Shown here piece after piece: positions 1 to 12,600 of a DNA stretch of 60,000 nucleotides. The notes under the pieces are model-generated. The model worked only from the letters and a program-made list of their open reading frames with translations, made no database searches and was not told where the DNA came from. Every line of letters begins with the position of its first letter. The stretch's first letter is position 1. The DNA is from Chiloscyllium plagiosum. Taxonomy: Eukaryota. Made by a program: the position numbers and the translations under genes. Location: contig NC_057751.1 of the NCBI RefSeq assembly GCF_004010195.1, positions 9,307,611 through 9,367,610 of the forward strand, in the 5' to 3' direction.

Positions 1-490
1 TTTATCTAAATTAAGCTCCATCTGCCACTCCTCAGCCCATTGGCCCATCTGATCAAGATCCCTTTGTACTCTGAGGTAACCTTCTTCGCTATCCACAGCA
101 CCTCCAATTTCAGTGTTATCTATAAACTTATTAACTATACCTCCTACGTTCACATCCAAATCATTTACATAAATTACGAATAGCCGTGGACCCAGCACCG
201 ATTCTTGTGGCACACTACTGGTCACAGACCTCCAGTCTGAAAAGCGACCCTCAACCACCACCCTCTGTCTTCTACCTTTGAGCCAGTTCTGTATCCAAAT
301 GGCCAGTTCCCCCTGTATTACATGAGATCTGACCTTGTTAAGCAGTCTACCATAAGGAACCTTGTTAAATGCCTTACTGAAGTCCATATAGATCACATCC
401 ACCACTCTGCTCTCATCAATCCACTTCTTTACTACTTCAAAAAATTCAAATTTGTGAGACATGATTTCTCATCCACAAAGCCATGCTGAC
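1..490 (-). mobile_element. CR1 LINE reverse transcriptase (RT) fragment
   Basis: Closely similar to the CR1 RT segments at 41612-42060 and 57060-57180. Confidence 0.85.
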
Positions 491-623
491 TTGAAATCTA
501 AACTCTACTTCTCTTTCCCTAAATTAGGAAAGGTTCTCCAACACCTTCAGTTTTTATTTCAGATCTACCAGATCTGCAGTACTTTATTTCTATCTGGTGA
601 TTGATATTTGTTGCCAATACCAG

Positions 624-753
624 GTTCATTTTTTGTCTGGCTGCTTGCTTCAAGGATATAGATGCTTCAGAGATCCAGGAAATTGCAGAAACAGTGGAGC
701 TTGTGTATATCTGTTCAAAAGATCCTAATTTACATTGGATACACCATCCAGAG
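624..753 (+). CDS. Candidate penultimate coding exon of an unidentified gene (FIFCLAACFKDIDASEIQEIAETVELVYICSKDPNLHWIHHPE)
   Basis: ccag|G acceptor, open frame of 43 codons and GAG|gtttgt donor, followed by a 79-nt GT-AG intron with a strong polypyrimidine acceptor. Confidence 0.4.
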
Positions 754-832
754 GTTTGTCATGGTGGGAAAGGGAAATAGTTCTGAACAAGGCAGAACGC
801 ATAACCTTCTTAAATTTTTGTTTTATTTTCAG

Positions 833-850
833 GGCTCTGACAATCTTTGA
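833..850 (+). CDS. Candidate terminal coding exon (GSDNL*) of the same unidentified gene
   Basis: Acceptor tttttgttttattttcag|G is in phase with the previous exon; TGA at 848-850; AATAAA at 1790-1795. Confidence 0.35.
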   Translation, partial: GSDNL

Positions 851-1399
851 TCCAACAGTCACTTTGAACATGGACACTTACAAATTATACTGTGCCCCTG
901 TAACAATGCCCTAAGCTCTTGAACAGCAGACTTTCAAACATTACGCATGAGAAGTAGTGTCGAATTTCTGCACAAAGAATTATGGCAACAGAATGCTTTC
1001 ATAAACACCACCACAACAACAATATGGTTAACTGGCACTGTGCACAAAACTTTGTTCAAGTACACACAGGACAGTGTGGAACTGCACAACCCACCCAGCT
1101 CCCAGGTTTTAATCGAGACGAAAAATCATTAGTGCTTCTGTTTTTGGTGATAGGTTTTGAAGAAGGAATTTTGGCTTGGATACCAGAATTGCACTGATTC
1201 ATATCCACTAGAAAAAAACAAATGAGTACTCAATTTGACATCTCATCCAAAGAATGGTTCCCAAAGAACTGAGACTGAATTCCTCACTTGAGTCATCCAC
1301 CAAAATTGCCACACATTAGCTCCCAGCCAAACAACATTGTTTTTAAAATCCTCTTTCATGTTTCAGATCAAACCACAGCCTAATTTGTCACTATCACTG

Positions 1400-1680
1400 T
1401 AACTTTCTCCAGTCTTCCAAGGTCTGAGTGCATCTAATTGTGCCTTCGTGCATCTCTCATTTTAACCACATCACCAACAGTGGCCATGTCATCAGCTACC
1501 TGGGTTTTCCGCTCTGTATTCCATTCTTAAACTTTACCTTTGCGTCTCTCATGCCTTGAAGGCGCTCCACAAAATTTAGCTCTTAAACTTGGCCTTTTAG
1601 TCCTCCAGCCTAATATTGTCTTGGGTAGCTTTGTATCAGATTTTCAATAATGGTCACACAAAACACCTTGGGATATTTTT
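1400..1680 (+). mobile_element. Degenerate L2-type LINE 3' end
   Basis: Resembles the shark L2 3' tail as I recall it; a similar remnant lies near 50990-51140. Confidence 0.4.
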
Positions 1681-1869
1681 CTCTTTTCAAAACACCTCAG
1701 AAACTTTCATTTGTTTCTCTTTTGCAAGTCAGAAAAATATGAAAAGGTGAAGCAAGAATTGTAAGGAGAACATGTGAAGTGTGAAATTAAATAAAGTACA
1801 CAGACTGGTAACAAATTGAAGGAGTCAAATCAAAATCAACTTCACAGGTCAAAAATGATAGAACAAGAC

Positions 1870-2650
1870 AAGCACAAGCCCTTCGGCCCATCAAGCCTGC
1901 ACCAATTGGCAATCATGACTTAGATCCACGACTTATTGTTCATATGCGGTTTCTCTCCATCTGCTCGCCTACAGATCACGTATCTATGAAGACATGTGTT
2001 AAACACTGCAAACGTCCCTGCTTCCACCATCTCCACTGGCACTGCATTGCAGACAGTTGGCATGGACGAGTTGGACCAAAAGGTCTGTTTCCGTGCTGTA
2101 CATCTTTTTGACTCGACGACCACCCTCCGTGTGAACAACCTTCCCCCTCTCACTTTGTGCCCTGTTGTAGTTGACCTTTCCATGTAGCAAAAAGCCTTTT
2201 ACTTTCCAACCTATTAATGCCTCTCATAATTGGAGACCTCCATCAGGTCACACCTCAGCCTCTGTCTTTCCTGTGAAAACAATCTCTCTTCAGAACGAAA
2301 ATCCTCCAGACCAGGCAATATTGTGGTAAACCTTCTCTGCACTCAATCCAAAGCATCCACATCATTCTCGGTACTGTGGCATCCAGAACTGCAAGCAATA
2401 TTCCAAATGTGGCCGAACTGAAGTTTTATACAGCTGTAACATAACTTGCCAACATTTCTATTCAATTTATTTTGAATGAAGGCAAGCGTGCTGTATGCCT
2501 TCTTGACAACCTTTTCCACTTGTGTTGCCAATTTCAGGTATCTGTCAATCTGTATGCCCAGATCCCTCTGTACGCCTATATCTCACTATACCCTTTGACA
2601 ATCCTCCTCACTATCTGCAACTCTGCCAATTTTTGTGTCGTCTACAAATT
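1870..2650 (-). mobile_element. CR1 LINE 3' fragment, with a small opposite-strand CR1 tail at about 2057-2115
   Basis: Minus ORF QVEKVVKKAYSTLAFI, typical of the CR1 ORF2 C-terminus, followed by a CR1 3' UTR. Confidence 0.8.
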
Positions 2651-2818
2651 ACCCATTCAGACTATGGTGATTATAACAAGGTCAGTCACATTGACCTCAT
2701 AGAATATGAGTTCCCTGATTGATAAAAGCAAATTACTGCGGATGCTGGAATCTGAAACCAAAAGAGAAAATGCTGGAAAATCTCAGCAGGTCTGGCAGCA
2801 TCTGTAAGGAGAGAAAAG

Positions 2819-2857
2819 AACTGACGTTTCGAGTCAAACTGACCCTTTGTCAAAGCT
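2819..2857 (-). ncRNA. Minimal hammerhead ribozyme, U3-A8 core variant
   Basis: Minus RNA reads AGCU-UUGACAA-A-GGGUC-AGUUU-GACUC-GAAACGUC-AGUU: 4-bp stem I, 5-bp stem II, palindromic ACGU stem III and a GUC cleavage triplet. Confidence 0.6.
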
Positions 2858-3386
2858 AAAAAAAGGGGGATAAATAGGGAGGTATTTATACTAGGCTGAG
2901 AGAAGGTGAGTCATGGCTCCAGAAACAAAGGTAGCAATAAAGAGGTGATAATGACAGTGCATAGAGAGATAAGGAGATTAGGAGCTGTGAATGACCAAGG
3001 CTGAAGCCAGTGCTATGTGACAAAATATATGGGGAATGGGGGTGGAGCTTTTTTTTATATATTTTTTTCACTATTCTGTAGCTCTTATTTCTTGATTCTC
3101 TCTTTCTCTCGCTCCCCACTCTCTCATCACCTTTATCCTCTCCTCTTCCCCCTTTGCTACCCTTCTCCCCTGTTTTCCATTTTACCTCTGCTTCACCCCT
3201 CCCCCCCATTCTCCACATATTTTGTCACATCGCACTGGCTTCAACCTTGGTCATTCACAGCTCCTAATCTCCCTATCTCTCTATGCACTGTCATTATCAC
3301 CTCTTTATTGCTACCTTTGCTTTTGGAGCCATGACTCACCTTCTCTCAGCCTAGTATAAATACCTCCCCATTTCTCCCCTTTTTTT

Positions 3387-3425
3387 AGCTTTGGCAAAGG
3401 GTCAGTTAGACTTGAAACGTCAGTT
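3387..3425 (+). ncRNA. Mutated copy of the U3-A8 hammerhead motif
   Basis: AGCU-UUGGCAA-AGGGUC-AGUUA-GACUU-GAAACGUC-AGUU. The A6G core change is probably inactivating. Confidence 0.45.
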
Positions 3426-3649
3426 CTTTTCTCTCCTTACAGATGCTGCCAGGTCCCTGATTGAGGCTATGAACCTGGTCCAATAGGGAGTCCTGGCTGA
3501 CAGATATAAACAGGAACGTCAGGGGTTCTGCTCACTCTGAGAGCTGGCTCTGAGGAAGCTGGACCTGTGTCAAGTATTATGCATGAGTAAATAAAACGTG
3601 ACTGGATTATGTGACCACAGGACACTGGTCTCTGTGGAGTTATTTCACA

Positions 3650-4110
3650 GACCACCCATATTTTCCTCCAAATCATTTATATATATTATAAACAACAAAG
3701 GTCCCAGTACTGATCCCGGCAAAACACCACTAATTACTGATCTCCATTTCATCACTCGTCTCCTGTGACAAAGCCACTTCTGCATACACCTCGCAGCACA
3801 CCCCAGATCCCAAGAGTCTACACCTTTTGTACCAGCCTGCCATTAAATACCTTACCTAAAGTACATGTGGACAACATCCTGATTATTTCCTCATCAATCA
3901 TTCTTGTCACCTCCTCATAAAACTCCAGTTGGTGTGACATGACCTTCCCCGTACAAACCCATGCTGCCTAACACAAACAAGTCTATTCACTTCCAAGCAT
4001 GAATAGATCCCGTCACTCAGTATCTTTTCCAACAACTTTCCCATCACCAGGCTCACCAATCTGTAATTACCTGGATTATTTGTTTCCCTTGTTAAATGAA
4101 GGAAAATTGA
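3650..4110 (-). mobile_element. CR1 RT fragment
   Basis: Homologous to the CR1 RT segments at 1-490 and 41750-42200; continues the element at 1870-2650. Confidence 0.7.
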
Positions 4111-4999
4111 CCAGTCATCAAGGAAACAAAAATATTTTAAATAACATTTCTTAAAAACTTGGGAGAGAATGTAAGTAGTTCAAGAAAACCAGGAATGAAA
4201 TGAGAAATAAAAAGCAGAATTGTGCAAGCTGCATATCTGAAAGTAAAAGAGAAATTGCTGGAGAAAACCAGCAGGGTTGGCATCATCTCTGGGGAGAAAA
4301 TTGAGTTGATGTTTCAAGTTTTTGACTCTACATCAGAACTGTGAAATGAGAAAAGCTGGAGAAGTGAAGACGAATCCCCAGAATTAGTTTGTTGCTCAGA
4401 AAGTATTTAATATCAACAAGACCCTGAAAACAAAACAAAAAAAAAAGATGGAGATGTTTGCAGAATGAAATGAAACTTTAAAATTAATTAAAAGTAACTT
4501 CAGGGTTGAAAACACTAATGGCATTGTGTGATCAGTTAAAAAGTGTGGGGTTGGAATTGGATTCACGGAGAATACTCATGCCACAATTGAGGTTTAATTT
4601 AGAAATTAAGCAGAGGTTTTTAAGATTTCACCAGAATGTATCAAAATGAAATGCATGGTGGAAAAGAAGCCTTCAAATTCATTTCCTGATGTGTGTAAAG
4701 CTATTTGTGATAACAATAATCAGATTCAACCCAATTTGAGCAACCTTTCCCTGGTACAAGGAAAAAGAAGATAAGTCCTTTGAATCTTCTCCCTCGCAAA
4801 CTACAAGGTGAATTCTATCATATTATGGTCACTGTTCCCACCCTCAGTTCCACATTGACACTCCTCTTCTCATTGTTGTCCCTGTATCTGTTATGCCTGA
4901 GGTTAGATTCCTGATCCTTTCCATACCCTCTGTCTTATTACTTGTTCTGGAAACTTGAACAGCCCCTGTTTTAACTCTTTCTAAAATTTTCCACACAAC

Positions 5000-5620
5000 T
5001 GAATGCCTAAACCACTGCCCCTCCCCAACCCAATATTTAAAGCCCTATTCACAGCCCTAGTGTGCAATTTGCAAGAACTCTGGTCCCAGCATGATTCAGG
5101 TGGAGGCTGTCCTATCGCAGCAGCTCCCTCCTTTCCCAGTACTAATGTCAATGTCCCATGAATTTGAAGCTGTTTCTTCCACACCAATTTTGAGCCACGC
5201 ATTTTCCTTTTTAATCTTTTTGACCCTGTGTCAATTAGCTTGTGGCTCAGGTCGTAATCCAGATATTATGATCTTTCTGGTTGTGTTTTTTAATTTAACC
5301 CCTAATTGCTCATATTCCCTCAGCAGAACCTCTTTCTACCTATATCGTTGATACGTGTGTGGACTACAACAACTGGATATTTCCCCTCCCACTTCAAGTT
5401 CCTTCTGCAACCCAAAAGAGAAATACTGAACATGGGGACTAGGCAGGCAACACAGCCTTTGACAGTCTCAATCTTGACCACACAGAACAGTGACTATTCC
5501 ACTGACTGCAGGATCCCTCTTTTCTCTCCCTCTTGAATGGCTCCCTGTACCATAGCGCTATGGTCCTTGCAACAGCAATGGCTCTCATCCACACAGGGAG
5601 CAAGCATCTCAAAGCTGTTA
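5000..5620 (-). mobile_element. CR1 ORF1 (SGNH esterase) fragment
   Basis: Homologous to 58600-59210. Confidence 0.75.
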
Positions 5621-6929
5621 GCTCATATGCTGAGAACTTTTTTTTGAAAGGAAAAAGAGTAATAAATATAGCAAAAATAAATTCTCAGGTGCAACTGGAC
5701 TGAGGGGAGCAAATAAATTGAGACAGAGCATGTCACACAGTCGATTTTGAATTAAAAAATCAAAAGTATTATACATAATTCTGGTAATTAGAAAAAGGCT
5801 GTAGAGATGTCTACTGACCAAGCCAAGGGCACGAAGTGAAGAATAGAACAAATTCATAACATCGATCTTCTGTTATTTGAAGTAAGATAGTATTGGTGAG
5901 GACTTCATGATAGCCAAACATTTAGGATCAGAGGAAAATGGTATCCTAATATGCATCAATGACTGACGGGAAGGAGAGAGAAACCAGAAGATCAAGTAAC
6001 GCAACGCTGTGACTGAAGAATGACAGTGTGAATCTTCTGTTCCTATTTTGCATCAATGCATACACAACTTTGGAGTAAAACCAGTCAGTTGAGACAGGGC
6101 AATTTCATGTTTTCCAGAAACAGTTCAGAGAACTGCATACAAATCAAATAAATAATTTACTAAAATCCCCTGTATTGATTATTTAAAGGAAAACCTTCCA
6201 GTCGGACTTGTGCGTTCCACCAAGTCACAGAAACCAGAAAGTATAAGATCTGCAATCCTGGTGTTTGTTGAGTAATCCAATATTAGGTAAGATAAAAATA
6301 AAGCTATTATAATTGACTTCAGTGCCTCTAAACTACAAAAATAATATTAAACAATATATGTTTGCAAGACTAACTGCTTGAATCTGTGTAGACTGAGTCA
6401 CTATTCTCCTCCACTATGGTGAACAAATTCCTTTAGATACTTCATGAACCATGTTTCAGATTAACAGTTAGGAAATGCATCAGCCCAGAACATATTCAGT
6501 CTGGAATGTGATGCCCACCAAGATGGAATTGCTTGCCAAGTGAAAGGTGAAATACATAAAACAGCACGTCTGGTCCAAAAAAAAGGTGTAAAGAGGACTG
6601 AAAAATCATTGTTCAACATAATTAACAATTCAAAACCTGATTGTGCCTGTGCACATGCCCTAAGCACAGACAACTAAAATTCAACCATCTAAAAACAAAT
6701 AGGATGTGCAAAAAGAATCAATATTTAAGAGTGAACAAATTATCTTCCAAAATTTTTTAGAATTTGAAACAATAGAATTTCAGCAATAAATAAAGCAAGT
6801 TATAAAGGGGAACAAATGGATGGCAATCCAATTAAATGGGCATTTTATTTCTGTCCTCCAATCAATGTCCCAAAACCAATCAATGTCCCAAAAATATTGG
6901 GGAATATAGAAATGAATGAGAGGAAAGAA

Positions 6930-9000
6930 CGAATGGAAATCAGTATTCGTAAGGAAATGGTGTGAGGAAATTAATGAAACTAAAGGTTGATGAATTCCCT
7001 GGGCTTGATCATTTATACCCCACAGTACTAAAAGAAACGGGCCGAGAAATAGCAGATGCATCGGCGGTCAACTTTCATCATTCTACATATTGTGGAAGAG
7101 TTTGTATAGATTGGAAGGTTGCCAAACTAACACCACTTTTTAAAAATAGAGGTAGAGAAAAATAGAGTTATAGACCAGTCAGCCTGATATACGTAGTGGT
7201 GAAAATTCTCCTGTCTATTATAAAAGATTCAATAGCTGAGTATTAAGTGGAATTCACTGCCACAAAAGGCTGTGGAGGCTAAGACATTGAATATATTTAA
7301 GTTCTTGGTTGCCAAAGGGATCAAAGGTTATGGGGAGAAAGCAGGAAAATGGGGTTGAGAAAAGTATCAGCCATGTTTAAATGATTGGACCAAGAGGCCT
7401 AATTTCTGCTTTTATGTTTTATGGTCACGAGGAAAAGTGACATGATCAGAGAGTCAGCATGGATTTACAAAAGGGAAATCATGTTTGACAAATCTGTTGG
7501 AATTTTACAAGGATGTAAAAAGTGGAGTTGATTGGAGGAACCAATGGACATGATTTACTTAGATGGTTTTCGATAAGGTCTCATTTCACAGATGACCTTG
7601 TCAAATTAAATTGTATGGGATTGGGTGTTACGTACTGACATCTACAAAGAATGATTGTACATGCAGAAAAGACACAAAGAGTAAGAATAAACAGGTATTT
7701 TTTCTGAGCAGCAGGCAGTGACAAGTAGGGTGCTGCAGGGATCAGTGTTTTAATCCCAGCTACTTGCAATATTCATGATTTAGAAGAGGAAACTTAACAT
7801 GGTATCCCCAATTGTGCAGACTGAAAAAAAAAGTTATAGACCAGTTAGCCTGATATACGTCATGGGGAAGATGCTACTGTATACTTTAGTACAGATGATT
7901 CAGGCAGGCATCCCATCACCAATCTAACTTTATTACAAATGCACAGCCTTTGATAATAGCACTGCTTCCCACTGAGTCAGGCATTCAGCTCTCAATAACC
8001 CGGGCATTCACTCTTTTATGTCATCCAGGTCTCCATGATTGGGGCTGTTAATCCGGTCTAATCAGAGAATTTATATTCTATGAGGTCCAGCTGGCTGACC
8101 TCATAACATTCACTTCACAGACAAGAAAAAGAGATGAGTGAGTGAGCTGCGAGAGGATGCAGAGATATTTCACTGTTATTTGGACAGGCAGAGTAAGTTG
8201 ACATATCAATGGTAGATGTAGTACAATGTGGCTCAATGATAGGTTATCCAATTTGAAAGCAAAAATAGGAAGGAAGACTATTATAACAATAGTGATAAAT
8301 TGCGGAAGGGGAAGGTGCAATGAGATCTGGGTATCCTCCTACAACAGCTGGTGAAAATAAGCATGTAGGTGTAGCAGGTGGTGCAAAGGACAAATGGTAT
8401 GCTCGCCTTCACAAGAGCAGGAATGTCTGCTGCAGAGTCTTGCTGAGATCACTCCTTGAATATGGTGTGCCGTTTTGGTCTCCTTATCTCAGGAAAGATG
8501 TTCTCCTTCTGGAGTGAGTGTAATGAAGTGTTAACAGATGGATTCTTGGGCTGGCAGGGATGAAAGATGCAGTGAGGGTGGATTGGTAAGGACTATAATT
8601 TCCTGGAGCTCAGAAGAATGAGTAGGATCCCATAGAAAACTATAAAGTTGTTACAGGGTTCTTCAGATAAACGCAGGAAGGATGTCGCCAATGCTTGGGA
8701 GTCCAGTACCAGAATGAACAGTCAAAGGATGTGGGGAAGGCAATTTATGACTAAGATCAGGAGATATTTCTTCAGCCATAGAGTGGTGACTCTTTGATAA
8801 ACTCTGTTACAGTGAGGAGTTCAGGCCAAAACATTTAAGGTTTTCAACAAGAGAAAAAGGGCGACTATAGGGCTCATGGATTGGGAGAGAAAGCAGGACT
8901 AGGATATCAAGTTGAATTATCAGCCATGGTCATATTGAATGGTAGAACAATCTCAAAGGGCGAGATGGGTTTATTCTTGTTCTAATATTCAATGTTTCCA
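6930..9000 (+). mobile_element. Degenerate nested CR1 ORF2 fragments
   Basis: Peptides PGLDHLYPTVLKE, DWKVAKLTPLFK and LEYGVPFWSPYLRKD; CR1 3' tails near 7430 and 9000. Confidence 0.8.
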
Positions 9001-9023
9001 GGTTTCAAATTTAAAATACAAAT

Positions 9024-9546
9024 GGATGTAGGTTTGTTCTCTGAGCTGGAAGGTTCGTTTTCAAACGTTTCATCACCATACTAGGTAACATTTTCAGTCA
9101 GCCTCCAGATGAAGCACTGGTGGTGTAGCCCGCTTTCTATTTGTATGTTTGGGTTTCCTTGGGTTGGTGACGTCATTTCCTATGGTGACGTCATTTCCTA
9201 TGGTGGCGTCATTTCCTTGGACAAGCCAAACAGAGACACGTATGAGAATTCCTATGAGCATTGCGTCCAACTGGAATTCTATCAACAAACATTGACTTGG
9301 TTCCCATTTCCACCCCCTGAGAAAAAGAACAGGAAATGACATCATGACAGGAAATGACATCACCAACCCAAGGAAACCCAAACATATAAATAGAAAGCAT
9401 GGGCTACATCACCAGTGCTTCATCCGGAGGCTCACGGAAGATGTTACCTTGTATGGTGATGAAACGTTTGAAAATGAACCTTCCAGCTCAGCGAGCAAAC
9501 CTACATCTAGAATCTAAATCTGAGCTACAAATCTTCTCAAAGCTTG
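9024..9546 (+). mobile_element. Poseidon-type PLE 3' fragment with inverted pseudo-LTR
   Basis: 9024-9180 is inverted relative to about 9351-9508. The centre decays from a GIY-YIG C-terminus (GQAKQRHV*EFL*A...SINKHIDL). 13-bp TSD with one mismatch at 9011-9023 and 9547-9559. Degenerate hammerheads at 9435-9468 (+) and about 9064-9097 (-). Confidence 0.8.
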
Positions 9547-10609
9547 TTAAAAAACAAATTGCATAAGTTTCCCAGATATTAGCAGTAAGATCAGAAAATA
9601 ACAAGAAACATAAAAAGCACAAAGATCTTAACAACAAATATAGAACAGACTTAATAGCATAAGAACAGGTAAAGGAAGAGTGAAAACAGCATAATATTAT
9701 GAGGGAAAAAAGAGACGCACACAAGATAATGCAGACTAAGGGGGTATTATCAGAGAAAGGTTGGACAAGTCCAGAGGAAGGCATACAACAGAATGCAAAA
9801 TACAGACAGAGAGAAAGGGCGAGAGAAACTGAGAGAACAGACACCCACAGACATCACAATCACTAGATTTCAGAAATAAAGTCAATATATTTTTTTCAAC
9901 TCACAGTCCCTGTGAACAAGGCTAGATTCTTGCACATTTGCATGCCAAGGACAGAATCCCAAAATAGTACACAAACCACACAGTAAGATTGAATAAAATT
10001 TAAAGTTGTGGTGGAACTGACCCTTCGTTTTAAATGTCAGCTCACTTAACATGATAGATCACCCACTGTGTACATTCAATTGTAATGGAATGAAGTTCTA
10101 TCTGTGGTTAATTGCACATGTGGCTGCAATAAGTGGAGCTATTGGCTTGACACAGAAGTTTGATGTTTTTGTGTGAAGGCATAAGTCCCTTCCCGATGGC
10201 ATTTTCAAACGGAAGTAGTCAAATATTTATGATTTTATTACTGTGAATGGCTGTGTGGGAGGACCAACCAGAGACGTGTGAGGCACATGAAAGTGTAAGA
10301 TTGCATTTTAAATTTTAAACTGTTATCACTTTCTCCAACTTGCACTGATAGTTTTGTAATGCTGAGTATGTTATCTCCAGCAAGGACAAAAGAACAGGAA
10401 TTACTTGGAATAACAGGTAAGTCTTTATCATTGTATCAATCACTAAAACATTCTACCAATTATGGAGTTATAAAGGAATTATTACTTACAGGATAAAGGC
10501 ACACCAAAAATAAAAAGATCCATATTCATGAGGTAGCTCCCAAGTTTAATCCATGTGTGTTTTTTAAATGAAGGTGGCTTCACAAAACATACTTACCTTC
10601 AGCCTTTTT

Positions 10610-12180
10610 TTATTCACGCATGGAACATTAGGTCACTGGCTGGCCAGCATTTCCTGCATATCCCTACTTGCCCTCGAAAAGGCAGGAGTGAGCTGCCTCT
10701 TTGAAAGGTTATCGTCCATGTACTATAGGTTTTATACAATGCCCTAAAGGAAGGCATTTCAGGATTTTGACACAGTGGCAAGGGAGGGAGGGCAACAGAT
10801 TTCCAAGCCAGGCTGGTAACTTGGAGAGGAACGTGTAGGTCGTGCTGTTCCAGCATATCCATTGCCTTTGCCCTTCTAGATGGAAATGGTAATGGGTTTG
10901 AATATGGTGTCTTAGGATTTTTGATGAATTTCTACAGTGCATCTTGTGGATCGAATACACTGTTGATACTGAGTTTTAGTGCATGGAGTAGATGTTGGTG
11001 GATCTGATACCAGTAAAGTGCACGACATTCTCTTGGTCTTGTCAATTTTCTGAAGTTGCAGCCATCCAGGCAAGTGGGAAGTATTCTATCACACTCCTGA
11101 CATGTACCTTGTGGATGTGGAAAGGCTTTAGGGAATCAGAAGGAAAGTTACTCACCACAGTATTCTTAGCCTCTGACTTGCTCTTGTAGCTTGTGTATGT
11201 ATATGGCAAGGCCGGTTTTTTTTCTTTATATTTATTCATGGGATATGAGTAACACTGGCCAGTTAAGTGTCAACAACAGTGTTGTCCATCTCGAGTCACA
11301 TGGAGATCAGATGAGGTGAGGATGGCAGATTTCCTTCCCTGAAGGACATTAGTGAACCAGATATGTTTTCCTGCCAATTGACAATACCTCTATGATCATT
11401 ATTAGACTTGTAAACACAGATTTTTATTGGATTCAAACTTCTAACATCTGCCATGGTGGGATTTGAACCTGTGTTCGCAGAACATTATATGAGTCTCTGG
11501 ATTAATGTTCCAGTTATAATACCACTATCAGCTCCCCAAAGGTGAAATTCTGGTTCCTGGGAACCAGGATGTTGACAGTGAGAGTTTCTGTGATGGGTTA
11601 CACTATTGAATATCAAGAAAGAGTGGTGAGTTTGTCTAATCTTGGAATGGGCATTGCCTGTCCTTTGTGTGGCACAAATGTTACTTGCCTCTGGTCAGTC
11701 CCAGCCTGGATATTGTCCAGATATTGTTGCAATAAACATGGCCTGCTTTAGTATACGATGAGTCGTGAATGGTTGGACAATCATCAACACACATCTCCAC
11801 TTCTGAAATTATGATAGAGGGAAGGTCATTGATAAAGTGGCCGCAGATCATTAGGCCATGGACACTACCCTGAGGAACTCTTGATTCGATGGGCTGGAGC
11901 CCAGATGACTGACCTCCAACAACTGCAAGAATCTTCCTATATGACTCTAATCTGTAGACAGTCTGGTCTTTGATACCCAATGAATCAAGTTTTGCTTGGG
12001 GTCCTTGACACCACAGTCGAGAAATTAAGCCTTGATGTCAAAGGCGGTCACTTCTACCTCACCTCGTTTCCAGCTCTTTCTTCCAATGGTTCAACGAAGG
12101 CCATTGTGAGAATAGGAGTTGAATGGCCATGGTGAAATCCAAACTGGGCAACAGTGAGCAGGTGGTTGCTCAGGAGGTAC
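10610..12180 (-). mobile_element. CR1/L2-superfamily LINE of a second family, RT and 3' end
   Basis: Peptides VPQGSVHG...FINDLPS...MCVDD and VRSVIEYFPLAWMAA. Confidence 0.75.
11225..11535 (-). mobile_element. tRNA-derived SINE nested in the LINE
   Basis: B-box (GGTTCAAATCC on the minus strand) near 11458-11469; related copy at about 54995-55220. Confidence 0.55.
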
Positions 12181-12189
12181 AGTTATAGA

Positions 12190-12600
12190 GACATAGTCAA
12201 GGAGATGTACAGCACAGGAACAGAGCCTTCGGTCCAACACATCCATGCCGACCAGATATCTTAAGCTAATCTGGTCCCATTTGCCAGCACTTAACCGATA
12301 TCCCTCTAAATTCTTCCTATTCATGTACCCGACCAGATGCTTTTTAAATGTTCTAATTGGACCAGCCTCCACTGCTTCCTCTGGCAGCTCATTCCATACA
12401 CCCACCACTCTCTGTGTGAAAAAAGCTGCCCCTTAGGTCCCTTTTAAATTTTTCCCCTCTCACACTAAATCTATGCCCTCTAGTTCTGGACTCCCCCACC
12501 CCAACAAAAACACCTTGTCTATTTATCCTATCCATGCCCCTCATGATGTCATAATCCTCCACAAGATCACCCCTCAGCTTCCGGCACTCCAGAGAAACAG
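12190..12600 (-). mobile_element. CR1 3' end
   Basis: Peptides ESRTRGHRF and VWNELPEE, followed by the CR1 3' UTR. Confidence 0.85.

Larger units (their letters stand above)
2723..3453. mobile_element. Non-autonomous Penelope-like fold-back insertion with arms of about 250 bp
   Basis: About 2792-3043 is the reverse complement of about 3199-3452. 11-bp TSD TCCCTGATTGA at 2712-2722 and 3454-3464. Each arm has a hammerhead motif. Confidence 0.85.
2672..3647 (+). mobile_element. Solo-LTR-like repeat of about 250 bp, split by a PLE insertion (2672-2722 and 3454-3647)
   Basis: Contains TATAAA and AATAAA and ends ...gagttatttca. Related copies at about 7890-8110 (-), 22050-22102 (-), 25400-25550 (+) and 26520-26700 (+). 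Confidence 0.55.

Noticed and set aside
9165..9220. Three 18-bp direct repeats (ggtgacgtcatttcctat) with CRE-like TGACGTCA
   Set aside because: Internal repeats of the PLE pseudo-LTR. There are no spacers, so this is not CRISPR, and there is no evidence of a host regulatory role.
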